64,000 nucleotides of DNA, taken from contig JAFVTX010000031.1 in the NCBI GenBank assembly GCA_017503015.1, positions 14,022 through 78,021 of the forward strand. The letters run 5' to 3'. How positions within the stretch are numbered: position 1 is the stretch's first letter; each line of letters starts with the position of its first letter. Shown here in pieces: positions 50,449 to 57,513 of the stretch. A program made the translations under genes and the position numbers. The notes below the pieces were generated by a model. The model was given only the letters and a program-made list of their open reading frames with translations, had not been told where the DNA came from and did no database searches. Source of the stretch: Fibrobacter sp. (GTDB lineage Bacteria; Fibrobacterota; Fibrobacteria; Fibrobacterales; Fibrobacteraceae).

Positions 50449-51984
50449 ATGATAAACAGTGTCCTACTCTATGCGATGTTCGTGGTATACGTCATCGCAG
50501 GCGTTGGCTTGGTCATTTACGGTTTTAGCTGCTATTACAGTATTTACCTGTTCCTGAAGAACAGCCGAAAGACCCGTCTTACCGACCGCAAGAACATTCT
50601 CCAGTTTTACCGTGAACATTCCATGGCGGACCTGCCCCAGGTTACCACCCAGCTGCCCGTGTTCAATGAGGCCAACTGCGTGGAGCGACTGCTGGAGGCG
50701 GTCTGCGCTATCGACTACCCCAAGGACAAGCACGAAATCCAGGTCCTGGACGACTCCACCGACGAATGCTACGAAGTAGCCAAGAAAAAGGTGGAAGAAC
50801 TGGCCGCCAAGGGTTACGACATCAAGCTTATCCACCGCACGAACCGTTCCGAATTCAAGGCCGGCGCCCTCAAGGAGGCCATGCAGGTTGCCAAGGGCGA
50901 TTTCCTCGCCATATTCGACGCGGACTTCGTGCCCGAGAAGGACTTCCTCCTCAAGACCATCCCCTACCTGGTGATGGACGAAAAGATTGGTCTGGTCCAG
51001 GGACGCTGGGGCCACCTGAACCGCACCGAGTCCGGTTTGACCCTCGCCCAGTCCATCGGTATCGACGGACACTTCGTGGTGGAACAGTCGGCCCGTAGCT
51101 GGGGCAAGCTGTTCATGAACTTCAACGGCACCGCCGGCGTGTGGCGCAAGCAGGCCATCTACGGCGGTGGCGGCTGGGAAGGCGACACCCTGACCGAAGA
51201 CATGGACCTCTCCTACCGGTCCCAGCTGGCCGGCTGGAAAATGAAGTTCGTGTTCGACGTAATCGTTCCCGCCGAACTCCCCAACGACATCAACGCCTTC
51301 AAGGCGCAGCAGTTCCGCTGGGCCAAGGGTTCTATCCAGACCGCCATCAAGATCCTGCCCCGTGTGCTCAAGGCGAAGGTCCCGCTCCGCGTAAAGATCG
51401 GCGCCATCCTCCACACGACCCACTACTCGATTCACCCCTGCATGTTGTTTACCGCCCTCTGCGCCTGGCCTCTGCTCGCCTTCTTTGAGCCGGTGGCACA
51501 CCTGCCGGGCTGGGCCTACACCATCGGTTTCAGCTTTATCTTCCTCGCCGCTATCGCTCCTTCCGTGCTTTACTTTGTGGCCCAGCGCTGCTCCGGCTAT
51601 ACCGGCTGGAAAATCCGCCTGCTGAGTCTGCCTATCTTGATGGCCCTCGGCGTGGGCATCGCCGTGAGCAACTCCCGTGCCGTGTTCTCCGCCATCATCG
51701 GAAGCAAGGGCAGCTTCGTGCGCACCCCCAAGAGCGGCGGCTCCAAGAAAAAGGCCAAGAGCCACTATGCCCAGAAGTTCCCTTGGCAGGCCGTGGTGGA
51801 ACTGGGTGTGGGCGCTTACTGCATTTTCGGTCTTCTGGAATACATCGGCGCACAAAAGTTCATTATCGGGCCGTTCCTCGCCCTCTACGCCATCGGGTTC
51901 CTTTCTGTTGGCGTACTCTCCTTTATGCACTACATCGGAAACATCATCGAGATGCACCGGGCAAAGAAGAATTCGGAATCCTGA
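50449..51984 (+). CDS. Processive family-2 glycosyltransferase (BcsA/CslA-like beta-glycan synthase)
   Basis: D,D,D,QxxRW pattern: VLDDSTD, IFDADFVP, TEDMDLSYR, QQFRWAKG. TM helices flank the catalytic domain. Confidence 0.8.
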   Translation: MINSVLLYAMFVVYVIAGVGLVIYGFSCYYSIYLFLKNSRKTRLTDRKNILQFYREHSMADLPQVTTQLPVFNEANCVERLLEAVCAIDYPKDKHEIQVLDDSTDECYEVAKKKVEELAAKGYDIKLIHRTNRSEFKAGALKEAMQVAKGDFLAIFDADFVPEKDFLLKTIPYLVMDEKIGLVQGRWGHLNRTESGLTLAQSIGIDGHFVVEQSARSWGKLFMNFNGTAGVWRKQAIYGGGGWEGDTLTEDMDLSYRSQLAGWKMKFVFDVIVPAELPNDINAFKAQQFRWAKGSIQTAIKILPRVLKAKVPLRVKIGAILHTTHYSIHPCMLFTALCAWPLLAFFEPVAHLPGWAYTIGFSFIFLAAIAPSVLYFVAQRCSGYTGWKIRLLSLPILMALGVGIAVSNSRAVFSAIIGSKGSFVRTPKSGGSKKKAKSHYAQKFPWQAVVELGVGAYCIFGLLEYIGAQKFIIGPFLALYAIGFLSVGVLSFMHYIGNIIEMHRAKKNSES

Positions 51985-52042
51985 ATTCGGGGTTCGGAAT
52001 TATCGAAGGACTCAAGAAGTTCTGAGAAATTCGAGAAAGTAA

Positions 52043-52267
52043 TTAATAACGATTAGAGATTGATTTCGGGTCTGGATTCACCACGAGCCGGTTTTTAGTT
52101 TGTATCAAGTCCTGCAAGAGCGCTCCCGTGCTGGTCTGGTAATCCCTCTGCAGCCGCACGTAATCCCCATGCATGCCTTTCCACACACCAAAGGCCACCA
52201 GTGCCACAATTCCCGCACAGGCCATGGTCACTATCAGTTCCATCAATGTGAATCCGTCTCTTCGCAC
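52043..52267 (-). CDS. Very short prepilin-type protein (about 74 aa)
   Basis: (V)RRDG|FTLMELIVTMACAGIVALVAF with Glu at +5. The GTG at 52267 is preferred because the ORF-track start 52330 overlaps the upstream gene by 88 nt. Confidence 0.6.
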   Translation of the reverse strand: MRRDGFTLMELIVTMACAGIVALVAFGVWKGMHGDYVRLQRDYQTSTGALLQDLIQTKNRLVVNPDPKSISNRY

Positions 52268-52629
52268 CGCACAATCCTTTTCAAGGTCAAGTCGCTCCAG
52301 TATCCCGAAGTTTCGTGAACGGCCACCCACTGCAAGGGGGCACCTCCCGGGACACGTTCAAACGACAGTGAAAAATCAATCCCCTGCCTCGATACCGAAA
52401 CCATGGTCAAGGCAGTGTCGGCCTGGTCGCGCCTAGGCTTTACGCAGGGGGCCGGCTTTGCCACATTCTCTTCTATCAGGGCCACCGCCTCCAAAATGGC
52501 ATGGCCCTTTTTGGACTCCCTCTCCTTTATCTGCGAAAAACTGACAATGGTGTGTCCGATTCCCATGGCTCCGATAGAGAGCACCACCACGGCCACCATG
52601 ACCTCCATCAAGGTAAAGCCCCGTTTCAT
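52243..52629 (-). CDS. Prepilin-type pseudopilin (PilV/GspI-like)
   Basis: MKRG|FTLMEVMVAVVVLSIGAMGIG. Confidence 0.7.
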   Translation of the reverse strand: MKRGFTLMEVMVAVVVLSIGAMGIGHTIVSFSQIKERESKKGHAILEAVALIEENVAKPAPCVKPRRDQADTALTMVSVSRQGIDFSLSFERVPGGAPLQWVAVHETSGYWSDLTLKRIVRCEETDSH

Positions 52630-53504
52630 AGGCGCCCCCAGATTTTGCGTTTGCCCTCTATAAAGGCAGGGAACAGAATCCCGCCAGGATCATCCTCAGA
52701 GTTCTGCGCAGTCTCATTCTCGTCACTTTCGGACCAGGTTGCCACTATAGCCGTCGGAAATAGACTCCGGGCACGGTCTTGCATCCGGAAACTTGAAGCA
52801 AGTACCACCCCCCGAAAACACGCATCCTCTTCGGCGCGAAAACCACCTCGAGTGAAGAGTTCCAGGTACCCGACAGACATTTCTCCCTGAAACACAACAT
52901 CGCCCAAGGAATATAACCGGAGGGTATCAAAATGGGCCTTCCCGCGGACAAGGGCGGTCCCTTCCACCCAGAAGCTAGCCGAACGAACGCTATCGGAAAA
53001 ATTCATCTCGAGATCGCCCTGATGAATAGCGCCCGACATAAACTGTTCGCCCTGGAAATAGCGTCTATTTCCGTACAGGTCTTTTTCCGCCGTCATCTCC
53101 TGCAGCCGCTTTTCCAAATCGGCCCTGTAAGCAGAAATCCCGTTCGACCATTCCCAAAAAGAAACGTCGTGAGGTTCCGTTCCCGCCACAAAGCAAAGCT
53201 CCCCCACGCCCGACGTCTTGCCGGAACTGTCCACGACAGCAGAAGCGCAAATCTTTTCCCAAGGGCCGAAGGGTTCCGCCTGCACGGGAGGCAGCTCCGG
53301 ATAATACCCCGACGGAAACCCCTGCAAATGGAGCAGCACGGCGGATTCCGCCTTGTAGAAATTCTCGAAATCCGACTTGAACCGGGCATACACCGGATTC
53401 ATGTGTCCTGCCGTTTTCAGCAGGGTGGTAAAAAGCAGCGTCAGGCTCAGCAGCAGAACCGCCACCAGGGGCAGCACGAACCCTCGGGAACTAGGGCGCA
53501 CCAT
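52626..53504 (-). CDS. PilX_N/GspK-like minor pseudopilin candidate
   Basis: N-terminus SSRGFVLPLVAVLLLSLTLLFTTLL resembles the PilX_N hydrophobic segment. ATGA overlap with the downstream pseudopilin gene. Confidence 0.5.
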   Translation of the reverse strand: MVRPSSRGFVLPLVAVLLLSLTLLFTTLLKTAGHMNPVYARFKSDFENFYKAESAVLLHLQGFPSGYYPELPPVQAEPFGPWEKICASAVVDSSGKTSGVGELCFVAGTEPHDVSFWEWSNGISAYRADLEKRLQEMTAEKDLYGNRRYFQGEQFMSGAIHQGDLEMNFSDSVRSASFWVEGTALVRGKAHFDTLRLYSLGDVVFQGEMSVGYLELFTRGGFRAEEDACFRGVVLASSFRMQDRARSLFPTAIVATWSESDENETAQNSEDDPGGILFPAFIEGKRKIWGRL

Positions 53505-54540
53505 TGAGCACCTCCCACTGCGTACCTCCGCACTCCAGCACCACCCGGTCCCGGAGCACGGATTTCACCCGGTACGACTCCAGGGAATCTCCCGCCCTTT
53601 TCACGACCCGCGCACCGACAAACACACCCGAAAACAGCTTGTCCCCTACGATTCCCTGAACGGAAATAGACGGCCTTGGGCACTCGGTAGCCGCCTCTCT
53701 GGCTTTCGGGCGCGAGCTTTTTGCATTTTTTTGGATACGGGGTTCTTTTGATATGGGCCCTGTCGCGGGTGTGGATAGCACAGGGGCCTCCGGACCAGGC
53801 ATCGCCACGCCACCGACATCAAGATTTTCCCGCACAAGGATTCCCGCAAACATCATCAGGAAAAATAGAATTAAAGAAAGTCCCGCCGCCCTCCCCCGCT
53901 TCCTGGATTCAAGATGCAGGGCCTTCCAGAACGGATCCTTTGCAGCTTTTCCAAGCTGTACCACCCATACCGCCGCAGGGTCGCCGAAGTCCACTTCCAG
54001 GAATTCCAGCTCGCCCTGCCGGAAGTTTCCCGCCTTTGAAAACAGCGGGTCCTGCCGCAAGAATTCGTCCATCCGCTGCAGGCGACCGACAGCCATTTCC
54101 TTCCCGCAAGCACCCCCGTAGCCCCGTTCTTCGGACCAGTGGCAAAGCCGGCCTTCGTAAAAGACCAGCACGAACAAGATGCCGTTCACGATAGCGGCAT
54201 AGCGAAAGTTCTCGTAGCTCTCCCAGGATTCCATCTGGGCGTCGGCCCTGGCGTACAGGAACAGGGAGCGAGGCAGGGCGCGCCTCCCCCGCCAACAACG
54301 CTTGCCGAAACCTTTTTCGCCGTCGCTTGACCTAGGCGAGCCGAGGATTACCAGGTATCGGTGCCTGCGGCCCTCCGGCGAATTGAAGGAAACCATCTTC
54401 CAGAATTTCGGCGAGCCCTCCACTTCCGGAAAATCCCTTCGGAAATATTCCAGCAGGTTTTCGGGTGCAAGACTTTCTTCAAATCCCGTCACCAGCTCCC
54501 AGGTGCAAATCCGGGCGTCAACGCCCTGAACGCGGGCCAT
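53491..54540 (-). CDS. Bitopic membrane protein, possible pilus/T2SS alignment component (GspL/GspC/PilP-like C-terminus)
   Basis: Single TM GLSLILFFLMMFAGILV. C-terminal beta-rich region SVQGIVGDKLFSGVFVGARVVKRAGDSL...VVLECGG. Located immediately downstream of the secretin gene. Confidence 0.4.
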   Translation of the reverse strand: MARVQGVDARICTWELVTGFEESLAPENLLEYFRRDFPEVEGSPKFWKMVSFNSPEGRRHRYLVILGSPRSSDGEKGFGKRCWRGRRALPRSLFLYARADAQMESWESYENFRYAAIVNGILFVLVFYEGRLCHWSEERGYGGACGKEMAVGRLQRMDEFLRQDPLFSKAGNFRQGELEFLEVDFGDPAAVWVVQLGKAAKDPFWKALHLESRKRGRAAGLSLILFFLMMFAGILVRENLDVGGVAMPGPEAPVLSTPATGPISKEPRIQKNAKSSRPKAREAATECPRPSISVQGIVGDKLFSGVFVGARVVKRAGDSLESYRVKSVLRDRVVLECGGTQWEVLNGAP

Positions 54541-56249
54541 CAGAACTTCACCTCCGGTGTGATGAAGATGGCAAGCTCGCTTTCTTCCTCTTCTTCACTC
54601 TCGTAACTGAACAGCCTGCCGATGAACGGGATGCTCCCCAGGAAGGGCACGGCCGTGCGCACCTCGGTCTTGTTCTTGCGCACCAGTCCCCCGAGGCAAA
54701 GGGTTTCCCCGTTTTTCAAAAGCACCATGGTCTTTAGGTTCCGGGTGCTGATGTCCCGCGGGCCGTCACCGGAGCTGCGTCCCGCCGTCTTGATTTCGGG
54801 AGCCACGTCCAGAGTGATTACGCCCTCCCGGGTTACCGATGGCGTGAGCTCCAGAGAAATGCCGTCGTTGAAGGAACGGTAGTCTGTAATGGGGTAACCT
54901 TCGGCGCTGACCTGGCTCACCAGGTAATAGACAGTATTGGTCACGTTCAGCTCCGCCTTGTTGCCGTTCAGGGTGGTAAGCCGCGGGCGGGCAAGGACCT
55001 TCGCCTGGTTGTTTTCTTCCATGGAGGCAAGTTCCAGCTCGAATCGGTCCGGCAAGATGCCGATTTTACCGACGGCCCCCTTGCCCGAAGCATCCTTTCC
55101 CAAAAAGTCCAGGAAACCTTTCAGTCCCAAATCGCCCTCCTTGGTACGGCGGCCAGAGCCTCCCCGTAGCCCGATTTCAAAAGCGCTCCCCTTCCGGAAT
55201 TCCACGATTACGCAAGAAAGCGTCACCTGCATCAGGGGAACGTCTATTTTCTGTAAAAGGGCCTCCGCCGATTCAATCCGGTCCGTCGCTCCCGAAAGCA
55301 GCACGGCGTTCTGCTCCTTCACTTCCGAAACAGTCATCTCCGTTCCAGAAAACATCTTTCCCAGCTGTTGCAGGGCGTGCTCGCAAGAGACGTGTTTCAG
55401 CGCGTAAAGTTTCGTCACCGAAAGGGGATTTCGGTTTCCGCCCTCCGATACAGAAAGCGTATTGGAATCCAGCCGGAAGGTGTATCGGCTCCCCCGGAAC
55501 AGGGCCTCCAAAAAATCCTGGAGCCTTACGTTTGTAAAATCCAGGCGGACCTTTTCGTCCAGGTTCCCGTACATGGCAAGGTTCAGCTCTGCAAGGGCGG
55601 CAAGCTCCTTCACGGCCTCCCCTACGGGGACGCCGTCCAGATGGGCTTCGTAGAGCGAATCCTCTTTCCAGATTCGTGCAGACGATTCCGGCTGTGCGCC
55701 CGCGGCCTCCCTGCGGTCCCCCGCCTGCACCATCCGGACCATCAGGCAGCCGTTCTTCTTTTCTACCCCAAAGCCGTTGATTTCTAGCAGGGAGCGAAAC
55801 GCACGCTCCGCAGGCAGACTGCGGATACTTCCGGAGAGATTCCCCTGCACATCCGGCTTCCACAAGACGTTCAGCCCCGTGGTGGCGCTGAACTCTTCCA
55901 GAAATTCAAGAACGTCCTTATCCTGCACCTGGACCGACACCAGGGAATCCTGCAGGCGGATGTCGCTTTTCCCGCGAAGCTTTTGAGGCTGGATTACCAG
56001 CAGGTTCTCCTTCTGGACCAGTTCCAGCCCGTTGGATTCGCACAGGGCGGACAAGCCCTCCAAAAGGGAAACCCCTTCCAGATGGAATGTGACTCGACGG
56101 TCCACGCCGGCATCCACCATCACGGGAACATCGTAGGCCAGCGACAGAGAACGGGCCACCTCCTGCACGGGAGTGTCCACAAAATCAAGGGTTACGGCGC
56201 CCGACGCAAGGGCGCCCAACAAAAGAACTAGGGGGAAAAGGGCACGCAC
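54540..56249 (-). CDS. Secretin (GspD/PilQ family outer-membrane channel)
   Basis: C-terminal secretin signature ...LCLGGLVRKNKTEVRTAVPFLGSIPFIGRLF...LAIFITPEV. Signal peptide and N0/N1-like repeats. Confidence 0.85.
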   Translation of the reverse strand: MRALFPLVLLLGALASGAVTLDFVDTPVQEVARSLSLAYDVPVMVDAGVDRRVTFHLEGVSLLEGLSALCESNGLELVQKENLLVIQPQKLRGKSDIRLQDSLVSVQVQDKDVLEFLEEFSATTGLNVLWKPDVQGNLSGSIRSLPAERAFRSLLEINGFGVEKKNGCLMVRMVQAGDRREAAGAQPESSARIWKEDSLYEAHLDGVPVGEAVKELAALAELNLAMYGNLDEKVRLDFTNVRLQDFLEALFRGSRYTFRLDSNTLSVSEGGNRNPLSVTKLYALKHVSCEHALQQLGKMFSGTEMTVSEVKEQNAVLLSGATDRIESAEALLQKIDVPLMQVTLSCVIVEFRKGSAFEIGLRGGSGRRTKEGDLGLKGFLDFLGKDASGKGAVGKIGILPDRFELELASMEENNQAKVLARPRLTTLNGNKAELNVTNTVYYLVSQVSAEGYPITDYRSFNDGISLELTPSVTREGVITLDVAPEIKTAGRSSGDGPRDISTRNLKTMVLLKNGETLCLGGLVRKNKTEVRTAVPFLGSIPFIGRLFSYESEEEEESELAIFITPEVKF

Positions 56250-56349
56250 CGCAAGACCTCCATGAAAGACATATTCAAAAGAGATTCCTGCGGAATCCGC
56301 CGAAGAACGCTGCTAAAGGGACCCTTTAGGCATTCCGCGGGATAAAATA

Positions 56350-56384
56350 CAAAAAAAGAATTCCCCGAGACTAGCCCGGGGAAG
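56350..56384 (-). terminator. Terminator after pilT
   Basis: Minus strand: ttccccgggctagtctcggggaa followed by ttcttttttt. Separates the Trm112-TPR-pilT unit from the secretin operon. Confidence 0.7.
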
Positions 56385-56409
56385 TAAAAAAATGACGATC
56401 CGAATAAAA

Positions 56410-57510
56410 TTACATCCAGCCGCGCTCGGACGTGCCGGTAATACCGCGAATCTTCAGTTCGAAGTCATCCCTGTTGGTAGCCGCATTCAGGGCCACGTCC
56501 AGAGAAATCTTTTCTTCGTTGTAGAGTTCCAGCAGGGACTGGTCGAAGGTCTGGCTATGGTACTGCATGTGGCCTTCGGCAATGGCCGTTTCCACCATAG
56601 GAAGCTTGTCCTTGTCCTTGATGTATTCCTTGATGGCCGCCGTATTCACCAAAATTTCGGCAGCAGGCACGCGGCCCTTGCCGTCCTTGGTGGGCAACAG
56701 GCGGAGCGAAATAATGCCAGCCAGAACTTCTGCCAGCAGCAAGCGGATTTCGTCGTGCTGGTGGGGCGGGTACATAGAAAGCACACGCTGAATTGTTTCG
56801 GTAGCGTTGGTGGTATGGATGGTGGCGAACACCATGTGGCCCGTATCCGCTGCCGTAAGCGCAATGGCCATAGTCTCCAGGTCACGAATTTCACCCACCA
56901 GAAGCACATCCGGGTCCTGACGAAGCGCCGCACGCAAGGCATTCGCGTAAGACAGGGTATCCACGCCAAGCTCACGCTGAGAGATAATGGCCTTGTTGTC
57001 GTTGTACAGGTATTCGATAGGGTCTTCTACCGTAATGATGTTCACCGACTCGTTCTGGTTGATGTAATCCAGCATAGAGGCCAAGGTCGTAGACTTACCG
57101 GAACCCGTCGTACCCGTCACCAGAATAAGGCCACGGCGGGTCAAGGCCAAGTCCTTCACCACATCGGGGAGTCCCAGCTCTTCGAAAGGAGGAATCTTCG
57201 CCTTGATATGACGAATCACCACGGCAATGGTGCCGCGCTGGCGGAACACGTTCACACGAAAACGGCCCATGTCGCGGGCGCCTACGGCAAAGTCACATTC
57301 CTTGTTGGTTTCAAAGCGCTGTTTCTGGTCCCGGTTCATGATATCGTCCAAGAAGGAATCCATCATGGCGGGGTCGATGCGGGTATCAAAAATTTTTACC
57401 AGGGAGCCGTTGATGCGGAAAATAGGAGGAGTCCCGACGCGAATGTGCAAGTCAGAGGCCTTGCTCTTTACCATTTCGCGAAGTAACTGCTCAATCCTTA
57501 AATCAGCCAT
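56410..57510 (-). CDS. pilT: Type IV pilus retraction ATPase PilT
   Basis: ASDLHIRVGTPPIFRINGSL, Walker A GTTGSGKSTT, LLVGEIRDLETM, FATIHT, AIAEGHMQYHSQTFDQSL. Confidence 0.9.
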   Translation of the reverse strand: MADLRIEQLLREMVKSKASDLHIRVGTPPIFRINGSLVKIFDTRIDPAMMDSFLDDIMNRDQKQRFETNKECDFAVGARDMGRFRVNVFRQRGTIAVVIRHIKAKIPPFEELGLPDVVKDLALTRRGLILVTGTTGSGKSTTLASMLDYINQNESVNIITVEDPIEYLYNDNKAIISQRELGVDTLSYANALRAALRQDPDVLLVGEIRDLETMAIALTAADTGHMVFATIHTTNATETIQRVLSMYPPHQHDEIRLLLAEVLAGIISLRLLPTKDGKGRVPAAEILVNTAAIKEYIKDKDKLPMVETAIAEGHMQYHSQTFDQSLLELYNEEKISLDVALNAATNRDDFELKIRGITGTSERGWM

Positions 57511-57513
57511 CTA

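Noticed and set aside
50464-51957. 497-aa ORF on the minus strand
   Set aside because: It is antisense to the GT2 synthase gene, which carries D,D,D,QxxRW motifs.
56392-57486. 364-aa ORF on the plus strand
   Set aside because: It is antisense to pilT.
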